From: Alphaproteobacteria bacterium
GTDB lineage: Bacteria; Pseudomonadota; Alphaproteobacteria; SHVZ01
Length of the DNA: 64,000 bases
NCBI GenBank assembly: GCA_041906305.1
Contig: JAYRJL010000005.1
Coordinates: 212,269-276,268, forward strand
Direction: 5' to 3'
The translations under genes and the position numbers were made by a program. Below, piece after piece: positions 10,215 through 19,108 of the stretch. Every line of letters begins with the position of its first letter. The first letter of the stretch is position 1. Under the pieces are notes generated by a model. It had not been told where the DNA came from. It did not search any database and saw nothing but the letters and a program-made list of their open reading frames with translations.

Positions 10215-10595
10215 TCAGGACGCGAGCTGGAGCATCGCCTTTTCGATCTCGCTGAACAGGCGCGCGCCGAAGAGCGGCTTCTCGAGAAACGCCTGGACGC
10301 CCAGCGCATCGGCCTGGGCGCGGGACGCGGGATCCCATCGGCCGGTCACCATGATGACGAAGACCCTGTCCCCGCGCTCGCGCAGCTTCTGCATCAGCTC
10401 GATGCCGGTCATCTGCGGCATGTGATTGTCGAGAATGACGCATTCTCCGGCCGTGTCCCGGTCGCGCGCCAGGAACTCGGCCGCGGAAGCGTAGTCGGAG
10501 ACCGAGAAACCACGGGACTCCAGAAGAGCCTTCAGGGAATCCCGCACCATCTCGTCGTCGTCGACGATGTGAACGGTGCGCGCGCCAGTCGTCAT
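10215..10595 (-). CDS. Single-domain response-regulator receiver protein. It is FixT-like and lies between fixJ and fixK.
   Basis: It is 126 aa and contains only a REC domain (VHIVDDDEMVRDSLKALLESRGF...D57-like...VIMVTG...K). It has no output domain. Confidence 0.8.
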   Translation of the reverse strand: MTTGARTVHIVDDDEMVRDSLKALLESRGFSVSDYASAAEFLARDRDTAGECVILDNHMPQMTGIELMQKLRERGDRVFVIMVTGRWDPASRAQADALGVQAFLEKPLFGARLFSEIEKAMLQLAS

Positions 10596-10707
10596 ACCTG
10601 CCCTAACTCCTCCGCTCCGGAATTGGTCTCATGCGAGCGGAGCCGATGTCGTTCACATATGGCGAAAATCCGGATGAATGCCCATTAAGGAGAATTACCT
10701 ATCGTCG

Positions 10708-11322
10708 CTAGCGCGCGATCATCCCGGCCGCCAGGGCCATCCGCACCAGGTGGGAGAGGCTGTCCGCTTCCATCTTCTTCATGAGATTCGCGCGATGGAT
10801 CTCGACGGTGCGCGGGCTGATCTTGAGCTCGAAAGCGATGATCTTGTTCGGGTGGCCAATCACAAGTTGCTCGAGCACGTCGCGCTCGCGCGGAGTCAGC
10901 GCCGCGATCTTGGCCGCGGTGCCGGCGTCCTGGACGTGGTCCTCGCCCGAGCTCGCCTTGGCCTGCTCGAGGGCACGCGCCACGGCGGCGAGGATGATCT
11001 CGTTGCCGTACGGCTTCTCGACGAAGTCGGTGGCGCCGGCCTTCATGGCACGGACTGCCAGCGGCACGTCCCCGTGCCCGGTCACCATGATGACCGGCAG
11101 GCTCGCCGCATCGGCCTTCAGCCGCTCGATCAGCTGCAGGCCGTCCATGCCCGGCATCCTGAGATCGACCACGGCACAGGCCTGGGTCCCCGGGCGAAAG
11201 GCGCCGAGAAACGCCTCGGCGGAGTCGTAGGTGGAAACGTTGAACCCGCGGGATTCGAGCAGCGCTTGCAGGGAGTCCCTGACCGCCTCGTCGTCGTCGA
11301 CGACATAGATCGTTCCGGCCAC
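10708..11322 (-). CDS. fixJ: Two-component response regulator FixJ, with REC and LuxR-type HTH domains.
   Basis: The sequence starts VAGTIYVVDDDEAVRDSLQALLESRGFNV... and has a C-terminal LuxR HTH (LTPRERDVLEQLVIGHPNKIIAFELKISPRTVEIHRANLMKKM). The GTG start sits 10 nt after the fixL stop and has a GGAG RBS. Confidence 0.85.
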   Translation of the reverse strand: MAGTIYVVDDDEAVRDSLQALLESRGFNVSTYDSAEAFLGAFRPGTQACAVVDLRMPGMDGLQLIERLKADAASLPVIMVTGHGDVPLAVRAMKAGATDFVEKPYGNEIILAAVARALEQAKASSGEDHVQDAGTAAKIAALTPRERDVLEQLVIGHPNKIIAFELKISPRTVEIHRANLMKKMEADSLSHLVRMALAAGMIAR

Positions 11323-11335
11323 CGGGCAGCTCCGC

Positions 11336-12823
11336 CTAACCGGCGGGCAGCAGGAAACGGAACACCGTCCCGCCGCCCGGATTGGGTTCCGCCCAGATGC
11401 GCCCGCCATGATCGCCGACGATAGACTGGCTGATCGAGAGTCCGATTCCCATGCCGGTCTTCTTCGTCGTGGTGAAGGGCTTGAACAGGTTTTCCACGAT
11501 CTCGGCCGGGAGGCCCGGTCCGGTGTCGGCGATCGCAACCTCCTGATGGTCGTCGTCGAAACCGCTCGTGCGGATCACGAGCTCGCGCCGTTCGACGCCG
11601 TTCATGGCCTCGATGGCGTTGCGCACCAGGTTCACCACGACCTGCTGGATCTGGATCTTGTCCATGCTGATGGGTCGAAGGTCCGGCGCCAGGTCGTAGA
11701 GGATAGAGATGCCGTCGAGCTTGGCACCGACCGTGGCGAGCGCACCGGCCTCCTCGACGACCATCGAGAGCGATTCCGGGGCACGCTCGACCTCCGTCTT
11801 CTCCACGAAACGTCGCAGCCGCCGGATGATCTGTCCCGCCCGCTCGGCCTGCGCCGCGATCTTGCCGAGGAAGTCGACGATGCGATCCACAGGCGGGCTC
11901 GACGTCGACATCATGTGACGGGTGGCATCGCTGTAGTTGACCACCGCTGTCAGGGGCTGGTTGAGCTCGTGCGCCAGCGAGGACGCGAGCTGGCCCATCG
12001 CGCTCAGCCGCGTGATGTGCTGCATCTCGCCGGTCAGCTCGCGGATGCGGCCTTCGGCCTGGCGAAGATCCGTGGTGTTCCGGCCGATCGTCGAGATCCC
12101 GGTCACCTCTCCCTTGTCGTTGCGGATCGGCGAGAGGGTCAGCGACATGTCGAGCAGGCGGCCGTCCTTGGTCACGCGCTGGGTATCGTACTGGGCGATC
12201 ACCTCTCCCCGACACACGCGTCGGATGAGGTCGTCGACCTCGCCCTTCCGTTCGGGCGGGGCCAGGTCGGCGATCGGCCGGCCGATCATTTCCGCGGCCG
12301 TGTAGCCGTAGGTCAGCTCCGCGCCCCGGTTCCAGGCGGCGACGATGCCGCGGAGATCCTTGCCGATGATGACGTCGTGCGAGGATTCGACGATGGCCGC
12401 GAGCCGGTCGCGCTCCTGCTCGAACTGCTTCTGCCGGGTGAGGTCGTGGATGATGCCGACGAAGATGCTCCGCCCGCCCTGGTGCCCTTCGCCGACCGAG
12501 AGGTACATCGGAAAGACCGAGCCGTCCTTCCGCCGTCCCGTGACCTCGCGCCCGTGGCCGATGATCTTGGCCTTCCCGGTGGTGCGGTAGGCCGCGATGT
12601 AGCGGTCGTGCTCGTCATGATAGGGGGACGGCATCAGCATGCGGATGTTCTGGCCGATCACCTCGGCCGCCGGATAGCCGAACAGCCGCGCGCAGGCCGG
12701 GTTGTAGACCTGGACGATCCCGACGGCGTCGATGACGATGATGCCGTCGACAGCGGTCGTCAGCAGCGCATCGAGCTGAGCGCTTTCGACGTCCCGGCGA
12801 TCGTCGGACCCGGTCCGAATCAT
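11336..12823 (-). CDS. fixL: Oxygen-sensor histidine kinase FixL. A heme-binding PAS domain comes first, then a second PAS, then HisKA/HATPase.
   Basis: The first PAS domain aligns closely with the Bradyrhizobium FixL heme-PAS (NIRMLMPSPYHDEHDRYIAAYRTTGKAKIIGHGREVTGRRKDGSVFPMYLSVGE). The H-box is LAHELNQPL, and a C-terminal ATPase domain (GMGIGLSIS) follows. Confidence 0.85.
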   Translation of the reverse strand: MIRTGSDDRRDVESAQLDALLTTAVDGIIVIDAVGIVQVYNPACARLFGYPAAEVIGQNIRMLMPSPYHDEHDRYIAAYRTTGKAKIIGHGREVTGRRKDGSVFPMYLSVGEGHQGGRSIFVGIIHDLTRQKQFEQERDRLAAIVESSHDVIIGKDLRGIVAAWNRGAELTYGYTAAEMIGRPIADLAPPERKGEVDDLIRRVCRGEVIAQYDTQRVTKDGRLLDMSLTLSPIRNDKGEVTGISTIGRNTTDLRQAEGRIRELTGEMQHITRLSAMGQLASSLAHELNQPLTAVVNYSDATRHMMSTSSPPVDRIVDFLGKIAAQAERAGQIIRRLRRFVEKTEVERAPESLSMVVEEAGALATVGAKLDGISILYDLAPDLRPISMDKIQIQQVVVNLVRNAIEAMNGVERRELVIRTSGFDDDHQEVAIADTGPGLPAEIVENLFKPFTTTKKTGMGIGLSISQSIVGDHGGRIWAEPNPGGGTVFRFLLPAG

Positions 12824-12934
12824 CGAAGGATCCTAGCGCGGTAATCCCAAAACCACGTCTTGGGATACTATATTACCGCAAATTCTTGACGCTTTCTAAT
12901 CAGCCCGCGGAACAGAGCCAGGGTGACGCGGGAC

Positions 12935-12948
12935 TTGACGTGGATCAA
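12935..12948. promoter_or_regulatory. FixK/FNR-type anaerobox TTGACGTGGATCAA in the divergent fixL / L,D-transpeptidase intergenic region.
   Basis: Its centre is about 58 bp upstream of the ldt ATG and about 118 bp upstream of the fixL ATG. Confidence 0.6.
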
Positions 12949-12999
12949 GCCGCCCGATCCGTGCGGCCGGCATCCTTAGGCGATGGCTGATCCATCGCC

Positions 13000-13944
13000 A
13001 TGAAGCACCCTTCCGTCAACCGGCGCGAGGGCATCCAACGCCTCTGCCGCACGGCTGCAGGCGCGTTGCTTCTCGGCGCTCTCGGTCTGCGCCAGAGCCA
13101 TGCACAGGCGCGGGACGACATCGTCGGTCGCTTCGCGGTCTGGGCCGCGAGATCGGAGGACACCCTCCTCGACCTGGCTATCCAGCACGATCTCGGCTTC
13201 GTCGAGACGGCCGCGGCCAATCCCGGCGTGGATCCCTGGCTCCCTGGCGCCGGGACCGTCGTCTCCCTGCCATGCGCCCATCTCCTGCCGGCGGCGCCGC
13301 GGCGGGGGATCGTGATCAACCTGGCCGATCAGCGCCTCTATTTCTTTCCGCCCGCCGGCCCCGTCCAGACCTATCCGATCGGCATCGCCGCGGACGGCAT
13401 CGCGATCGAGGTCGGCTTCGGGCGCGTCATCCGCAAGCGCCGCGATCCGGTCTGGATTCCGCCGGCGTCGGTCCGGGCCGAGGCGCCGGAGCTGCCGCAG
13501 GCGGTTCCGCCGGGGCCGGACAATCCGCTCGGGGCCTTCGCGCTCGACCTCAGCTGGACGAGCACGGCGATCCACGGGACCAACAATCCCTACGGCGTCG
13601 GCCGGCGCGTCAGCCATGGCTGCTTCCGATTGTATCCCGACGATATCGCCGCGCTGTTCCCTCAGGTCGCGATCGGGACCGAGGTGCGCATCGTCGATCA
13701 GCCGGTCAAGCTCGGCTGGTCGGCGGAGGGGCTCATGCTCGAGGTCCACCCGACGCTGTCCCAGGCCGACGAGATCGAGGCGCGTGGCGGCGCCGAACCC
13801 GTGGACCTGCCGGATCTGGAGATGCTGGTCATGGAAGCCGCGGGCGCGGTGGCGGACGACCTCGACTGGAGGACTCTCAGGCGCGTGGCCCGCGAGCATC
13901 TCGGCATTCCCTTCCCGATCCTGAGATCGGGCCGCGACCGCTAG
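13000..13944 (+). CDS. L,D-transpeptidase (YkuD-domain) with a signal peptide.
   Basis: The catalytic motif is HGTNNPYGVGRRVSHGCFRLYPDDI, and there is an N-terminal signal sequence. Confidence 0.8.
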   Translation: MKHPSVNRREGIQRLCRTAAGALLLGALGLRQSHAQARDDIVGRFAVWAARSEDTLLDLAIQHDLGFVETAAANPGVDPWLPGAGTVVSLPCAHLLPAAPRRGIVINLADQRLYFFPPAGPVQTYPIGIAADGIAIEVGFGRVIRKRRDPVWIPPASVRAEAPELPQAVPPGPDNPLGAFALDLSWTSTAIHGTNNPYGVGRRVSHGCFRLYPDDIAALFPQVAIGTEVRIVDQPVKLGWSAEGLMLEVHPTLSQADEIEARGGAEPVDLPDLEMLVMEAAGAVADDLDWRTLRRVAREHLGIPFPILRSGRDR

Positions 13945-13947
13945 CCG

Positions 13948-14502
13948 CTAGAGCGCCGGCCAGAGTACGAGCGGCTTGTGCCGCGGCGTCGGCGCCGACA
14001 CCGATGCGGGCTCGCCGACGACGATTGGGGCCACCGGCACCTGATCGGGCAGCAGGCCGAGAAGCGACCGCGTCTGCGGCAGCTCGAGCCATGGACGGGC
14101 AGTGCCGATCCAGCACGTTCCCCAGCCTCGCCCGTGGGCGGCGAGCATCAGGCCGTGTGCGGCCAGGCAGCAATCCTCGGCGGCCTGACGCGACGGCGGC
14201 CTGGCGCAGACGATGATGAGACAGGGAGCGCCGTAGAAGATGTTGGAGGACGGATCCTGGAGCATCGTTCGATGCGCCGCATCCGCCGACGGCATGGCCA
14301 GCAGCGCGCGCTTGGCGAGGCCCGACATCCTTTCCAGACGTTCCTTGCCCTCGACGACCACGAAGGACCAGGGCTGCAGGTTCATCGCGCTCGGCGACGC
14401 GGCTGCCGCCTCGATGAGGCTCAGGATCTCCTCACGCGAGACCGGCTCGTCCGTATAGTGCCTGACGGACCGGCGGTCCTTGATTGCCTGCATCAGCTCC
14501 AT
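13948..14502 (-). CDS. Nitroreductase-family protein.
   Basis: The sequence from M81 onward reads MELMQAIKDRRSVRHYTDEPVSREEILSLIEAAAASPSAMNLQPW... A GGAG RBS precedes that start. The 5' extension in the ORF track is a Pro/Arg-rich artifact. Confidence 0.8.
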   Translation of the reverse strand: MELMQAIKDRRSVRHYTDEPVSREEILSLIEAAAASPSAMNLQPWSFVVVEGKERLERMSGLAKRALLAMPSADAAHRTMLQDPSSNIFYGAPCLIIVCARPPSRQAAEDCCLAAHGLMLAAHGRGWGTCWIGTARPWLELPQTRSLLGLLPDQVPVAPIVVGEPASVSAPTPRHKPLVLWPAL

Positions 14503-14566
14503 CGACTCCGACTCCGGCTCCGAGGCTTCGGGCTGCCGCCACGAGTCCTGGCGCAGCCCGCGTCGG

Positions 14567-14890
14567 TCACGGCGTCGTCTTGCGCTGCGTGCGTCGGAAC
14601 ATGCGATCGGCGCGTTCGGCCGCGGCCTTCGCGTTGTCGGCGGCATTCGAGGCGGCGGTCGATGCGGCGCGGGCGGCGTCGGCGCTCTGGCCGGCCGTGG
14701 CCGAGGCCCGCGCGGCTGCGTCGCTGGCGCTCCTGGCGGCATCGGCGGCGCGATCCGCCGCGGCCTTCGCCTCGATCGAGGTCTGCCGCACGCTTTCGAG
14801 CAGGGCGCGGTCGTCCTGGCTGAGCGTGGTGCAGGCGCCGAGCGCGACGACCGGCAGCGCCACGGCGAGCATCCTCGTGAATCGATTCAT
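14567..14890 (-). CDS. Small lipoprotein with an Ala-rich (alanine-zipper-like) repeat region.
   Basis: The sequence MNRFTRMLAVALPVVALGAC has a lipobox, and AAADRAADAARSASDAAARASATAGQSADAARAAS repeats follow. Confidence 0.55.
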   Translation of the reverse strand: MNRFTRMLAVALPVVALGACTTLSQDDRALLESVRQTSIEAKAAADRAADAARSASDAAARASATAGQSADAARAASTAASNAADNAKAAAERADRMFRRTQRKTTP

Positions 14891-14999
14891 CGTCCTTGCT
14901 CCTTTCGTGCCTGACGTTACTTGGAGGTCCTGATGGCGGTGGTCCTGACCTTGGACTCGATTGGTGCGGACAGCGTATGGCGGCCCGGAAGTCGCCTCG

Positions 15000-15013
15000 T
15001 TGATGTAGGTCAA
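15000..15013. promoter_or_regulatory. FixK/FNR-type anaerobox TTGATGTAGGTCAA upstream of the lipoprotein gene.
   Basis: The sequence is identical to the box at 30531. It lies 110-123 bp upstream of the ATG at 14890. Confidence 0.5.
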
Positions 15014-15054
15014 CGGGGGGTCATGCGGTGCCGCACGAGGATGTGAGGACCCGT

Positions 15055-15531
15055 CTAGCGCGCCGCGAGGCCGCGCTCGATGCGATGGGCCAGCGTGTCG
15101 AGATGCTTGCCGAGATCGCCGTCGGGCACCGGGGTCAGGTCCTTCGCGAGCTCGCCGACCACCCGCTTGCTGGCCTGGGTGTCGAGGTGGCCCCTGATCT
15201 CCCCGAGCACGCGCGCCGGCGCCACCAGCACCAGCTCGTCGAACTCCGCCGCACGCGAGGCTTCGTTGATGTCGGCGGCGGTCTTGTGCGCAAAGGCGAG
15301 CTTGGCCTGCCGATGCGGGTCGTGCTTCGCCTCGGCCGCGTGGCGGGCCGAAGACGCGCTCTCGCCGACACGTCCGGCGCGATCCGACACGATCTGCGAG
15401 GTCTTGAGCCGGGCCAGTCGCGATTCCGACCGGCTCACCTGGTGATAGCCGCCGGTCTCGGCGTCGCGGCGGACGATGCGCGCATGGGCGCCGTCGGCGA
15501 TGAGGTACCAGATCTCGACGTGCTTCGACAT
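15055..15531 (-). CDS. Host-attachment-protein-like (PF10116-like) small soluble protein.
   Basis: The sequence MSKHVEIWYLIADGAHARIVRRD...FAHKTAADINEASRAAEFDELVLVAPARVLGEIRGHL matches family members as far as I can recall them. The family assignment is by memory only. Confidence 0.5.
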   Translation of the reverse strand: MSKHVEIWYLIADGAHARIVRRDAETGGYHQVSRSESRLARLKTSQIVSDRAGRVGESASSARHAAEAKHDPHRQAKLAFAHKTAADINEASRAAEFDELVLVAPARVLGEIRGHLDTQASKRVVGELAKDLTPVPDGDLGKHLDTLAHRIERGLAAR

Positions 15532-15594
15532 TTCTTCCTCCGTCTGAAGCGTGACGCAGACGACAACAGCTAGCGCAGGTCGCGCGAGATCGGA

Positions 15595-15608
15595 TTGACG
15601 TGGATCAA
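15595..15608. promoter_or_regulatory. FixK/FNR-type anaerobox TTGACGTGGATCAA in a divergent intergenic region.
   Basis: Its centre is 79 bp from the MBL gene ATG at 15680 and 71 bp from the host-attachment gene ATG at 15531. Its sequence is identical to the box at 12935. Confidence 0.6.
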
Positions 15609-15679
15609 TCTCCGGCCTTGGCTCAGGCGGCAAAAAGGAGAACGAATAGGTTCAGGCACGCGCATCAACCGGGAAATCC

Positions 15680-17308
15680 ATGACCACGACGCCCGCTCAT
15701 TCCGTCACCCTGCAGTTCTGCGGGGGCGCGCATACGGTCACCGGCTCCTGCCTCCTGTTCCGGACGCCGAGGGCCAAGGTTCTCGTGGATTGCGGGATGT
15801 TCCAGGGATCGAAGACGCTCAAGTCGCTGAACTACGGCGCCTTCGCGTTCGACCCTTCCGAGATCGACACCGTGCTCCTCACCCACGCGCATATCGACCA
15901 CAGCGGGCTGCTGCCCAAGCTCGTCACCAGCGGCTTTCGCGGCCGCATCCTGGCGACCCGCGGCACCATCGATCTCTGCTCCTATCTCCTGCCGGATGCG
16001 GGCTACATCCAGGAGAGCGAGGTCGTCGCGCTGAACCAGCGGAACGCGGCGCGCGGCCGCGAACCGGTGTCGCCGATCTACACCAAGGCCGATGCGATCG
16101 CGTCGCTCAACGCTTTCCGCCCGGTCGACTACGAGACGTGGTTTTCGGCCGCGCCGGGCGTGCGCGCGCGCTTCTGGAACGCCGGCCATCTTCTCGGATC
16201 GGCGTCGATCGAGCTCGAGTTCGAACCGGCAGCCGGCGGACGTCCGCTGACGGTGCTGGCCTCCGGCGACATCGGCCCGAACGGCAAGCTGTTCCAGCCC
16301 GACCCCGACGCGCCGTCCGGAATCGACTACGTCGTCTCGGAGTCGACCTATGGCGACACCGACCGTCCGGACGTGTCGTCGAAGGAACGCCGCAAGCGCC
16401 TGGCGGACGAGCTCCGCGCCGCGCGGTCCGCCGGCGGCGCCCTGCTGATCCCGGCCTTCGCGGTGGAGCGGACGCAGGAGCTTCTCGTCGAGCTGATGGA
16501 CCTGATGGACAAGCACGAAGTGCCGGCGGCGCCGGTCTTCCTGGACTCGCCGCTCGCGATCCGGGCGACCGAGGTGTTCCGGCAGCACGCCTCGACCCTC
16601 GAAGGCGACTTCGACATCGACCGCCTGCTCGACTCCCCGCACCTGCATGCGACGGAGACGGTGGAGGAGAGCAAGCGGATCGCGCGCTTCTCGGGCTTCC
16701 ACATCATCGTCGCCGGCAGCGGCATGTGCGAGGCAGGGCGCATCCGCCACCATCTCAAGCACTGGCTCTGGCGGCGGGATGCGACCGTGCTGCTCACCGG
16801 ATTCCAGGCGCGCGGAACCCTGGGGCGCTTCCTCGCCGACGGCGCCTCGGCGGTCCGCATCCAGGGCGAGGAGGTGAAGGTCGCCGCACGCATCCGGCAG
16901 ATCGACGACTATTCCGGCCACGCCGACGGCCCCGAGCTGCTCGACTGGATCACGCGGCGCGGGCCGATCCGCCGCGGCATCTTCCTCGATCATGGCGAGC
17001 GCGGCGCGCTCGAAGCGCTTCGCCGGCACGTCGACGAGCATCTCGGCGGAGCGCCCGTCTGTCTCGTGCCGGAGCTCGACCAGCGCTTCGAGATCGGCGA
17101 GGCCGCGCCTCGGCCCCTCGAAGGCGTGCAGCGGCGGCTTCAGCCGGAAGCCGTCGAGAACCTCGACTGGCACAACGAGATGTCGAGGCTCATCCTCGAC
17201 ATCAACCGGCGGCTGGAGGGCGCGTCGAGCGACCGCGAGCGCGACCAGCTGGTGCGGACCCTGCGCCAGGCGCTGGGAAATGCAGGTGCGGCCGCGCCGA
17301 GAGGCTGA
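15680..17308 (+). CDS. MBL-fold metallo-hydrolase with a beta-CASP / RNA-specificity domain (RNase J / CPSF-like).
   Basis: The HAHIDHSG motif is present, and MBL, beta-CASP and C-terminal RNA-metabolising regions follow in that order. It is 542 aa. Confidence 0.8.
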   Translation: MTTTPAHSVTLQFCGGAHTVTGSCLLFRTPRAKVLVDCGMFQGSKTLKSLNYGAFAFDPSEIDTVLLTHAHIDHSGLLPKLVTSGFRGRILATRGTIDLCSYLLPDAGYIQESEVVALNQRNAARGREPVSPIYTKADAIASLNAFRPVDYETWFSAAPGVRARFWNAGHLLGSASIELEFEPAAGGRPLTVLASGDIGPNGKLFQPDPDAPSGIDYVVSESTYGDTDRPDVSSKERRKRLADELRAARSAGGALLIPAFAVERTQELLVELMDLMDKHEVPAAPVFLDSPLAIRATEVFRQHASTLEGDFDIDRLLDSPHLHATETVEESKRIARFSGFHIIVAGSGMCEAGRIRHHLKHWLWRRDATVLLTGFQARGTLGRFLADGASAVRIQGEEVKVAARIRQIDDYSGHADGPELLDWITRRGPIRRGIFLDHGERGALEALRRHVDEHLGGAPVCLVPELDQRFEIGEAAPRPLEGVQRRLQPEAVENLDWHNEMSRLILDINRRLEGASSDRERDQLVRTLRQALGNAGAAAPRG

Positions 17309-17318
17309 TCCAGATCAA
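17305..17318. promoter_or_regulatory. Near-consensus anaerobox CTGATCCAGATCAA with one mismatch. It overlaps the stop of the MBL gene and lies before the CBS-BON gene.
   Basis: Its centre is 67 bp upstream of the ATG at 17379. Confidence 0.35.
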
Positions 17319-17378
17319 GGGCGGAGCGGGCGAGGCCGCGCAGACTGGATGGCGAGACCACTCCAGCGGAGAGCCGAC

Positions 17379-18083
17379 ATGCGTGCCGCAGACATCATGA
17401 CGACCGCCGTCGTCACCACGACTCCCGACGCCCTGATCAGCGACGTCGCGCAGGCGATGCTGCGTCATCGCGTCAGCGCCCTGCCGGTCGTCGACTTCAG
17501 CGGCAAGGTCGTCGGCATGGTGAGCGAAGGCGATCTGCAGCGCCGCGCCGAGACCGGCACCGAGCGGCATCGTTCCTGGTGGCTGGAGCTCGTCGCCTCG
17601 AACGCCGAGCGTGCCCACGACTTCGAGAAGTTTCGCGGCCGCCACGTGCGCAACGTCATGACGACGGGAGCGACGACCGTCGCCGAGGACACGCCATTGG
17701 CCGAGATCGCCGAGATCCTCGAGACCCGGCACATCAAGCGCGTGCCGGTGCTCCGCGAGGGACGCCTGGTCGGCATCGTCAGCCGCGCGGACCTGCTTCG
17801 CGGCCTTGCGGTGTCGAAAGGCAGGTCGGCCGCCCCCGCCGCCGACGACGCAGCGATCAGGCAGGCGGTGCTCGATGCCCTCGGTCGCCAGGAGTGGCTG
17901 TCCGTCACGCCGGCGCGGGTCGTCGTCGACCACGGCGTGGTCCATCTTTGGGGGCACGCCCTCAGCCACGAGGAAGTCGGCGCGATGCGCGTCGTCGCCG
18001 AGAACGTGCCCGGCGTCAAGGAAGTCTTGAGCCACATGGTGGTCGTCTCCGGCGCCACCTTCCAGCCGGTCGGGACGTTCTAG
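17379..18083 (+). CDS. CBS-pair plus BON domain protein.
   Basis: Two CBS motifs (MTTAVVTTTP... / VMTTGATTV...HIKRVPVL) are followed by a C-terminal BON-like region. A GGAGAG RBS is present. It is in frame with track ORF 16992..18083. Confidence 0.8.
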   Translation: MRAADIMTTAVVTTTPDALISDVAQAMLRHRVSALPVVDFSGKVVGMVSEGDLQRRAETGTERHRSWWLELVASNAERAHDFEKFRGRHVRNVMTTGATTVAEDTPLAEIAEILETRHIKRVPVLREGRLVGIVSRADLLRGLAVSKGRSAAPAADDAAIRQAVLDALGRQEWLSVTPARVVVDHGVVHLWGHALSHEEVGAMRVVAENVPGVKEVLSHMVVVSGATFQPVGTF

Positions 18084-18104
18084 CCCGACATAGAAAAGGT
18101 CGCC

Positions 18105-19040
18105 ATGGACGTCCTGACCGTCACGCCCAACCCGTCGGTGGACGTCTACACGTCGACCGAAAAGCTGACGCCGTTCACGAAGCTTCGCTGCGCTGCGCCC
18201 CGGTACGACGCGGGCGGCGGCGGCGTGAACGTCGCGCGCGTGGTGAAGCGCCTGGGCGGGGATCCTCTCGCCCTGCTTCCGGCCGGCGGGTCGTCCGGCG
18301 AGATGCTGCTTCGCCTGCTCGCGGGCCAGGGCGTCCGTACCGAGGCGATCCCCTTCGACGGAGAGACCCGCCAGGACTTCACGGTCTTCGACCGGACCGG
18401 CGAAAGCCAGTACCAGTTCGTCCTTCCTGGACCGGAACTCCCGGCGGAAACCTGGCAGGCCTGTCTCGACCGGGCGCGCAAGACCGGCCGCCATCCCCGC
18501 ATCCTCGTCGGAAGCGGCAGCCTCCCTCAGGGCGTGCCCGTGGACTTCTACGGCCGGCTCGCCTCGGTCGCGAAGGAGATGGGGGCGCGGGCGGTCGTCG
18601 ACTGCGCCGGGCCGGCCTTGCGCGCGGCCGTGGCTGAGGGCGTCCATCTCATCAAGCCGAACCTGCGCGAATTCCAGGAACTGGTCGGCCGCAAGGTCAC
18701 GGATGAGGCCGGCTGGCTCGCCGAAGGCCGGGCGCTGGTCGCCGGCGGCAAGGTCGACTACATCGCGCTGACGCTCGGCGCCGAGGGCGCGCTGCTGATC
18801 GGCGCCGACATCGCCCTTCGCGCCGACGGCGTCCGGCTCAAGCCCGCCAGCGTGATCGGCGCCGGCGACAGCTTCGTCGGCGCGCTCTCCCTGAGCCTCG
18901 CCGCTGGCGACCCGATCGAGACGGCCTTTCGCAACGGCGTCGCCGCCGGCACCGCGGCGACGCTGAACGCCGGTACCGAGCTGTGCCGGGCCGAGGATGT
19001 CCATCGGCTGCTCGCGCAGGTCGCGTTGCGGAGGATCTAG
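18105..19040 (+). CDS. pfkB: PfkB-family carbohydrate kinase (1-phosphofructokinase / tagatose-6-P kinase-like).
   Basis: The sequence contains GGGGVNVARV...DPLALLPAGG...GAGDSFVGAL, which is the PfkB signature. Confidence 0.8.
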   Translation: MDVLTVTPNPSVDVYTSTEKLTPFTKLRCAAPRYDAGGGGVNVARVVKRLGGDPLALLPAGGSSGEMLLRLLAGQGVRTEAIPFDGETRQDFTVFDRTGESQYQFVLPGPELPAETWQACLDRARKTGRHPRILVGSGSLPQGVPVDFYGRLASVAKEMGARAVVDCAGPALRAAVAEGVHLIKPNLREFQELVGRKVTDEAGWLAEGRALVAGGKVDYIALTLGAEGALLIGADIALRADGVRLKPASVIGAGDSFVGALSLSLAAGDPIETAFRNGVAAGTAATLNAGTELCRAEDVHRLLAQVALRRI

Positions 19041-19058
19041 CTGAGGTCTCCGCCCCGC

Positions 19059-19072
19059 TTGATCGAGATCAA
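19059..19072. promoter_or_regulatory. A perfectly palindromic FixK/FNR box TTGATCGAGATCAA.
   Basis: Its centre is 43 bp upstream of the first ATG (19109) of the next gene. This spacing implies a leaderless or very short-leader transcript. Confidence 0.6.
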
Positions 19073-19108
19073 GCCGTGCCCACGCCGACCGGTTCAGAAT
19101 TGCGCCGG

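Noticed and set aside
10596-10707. The inverted repeat CTCCGCTCcggaattggtctcatgcGAGCGGAG between fixJ and the REC gene, as a terminator or attenuator.
   Set aside because: It has an 8-bp stem and an 18-nt loop with no U-run. Function cannot be judged from sequence alone.
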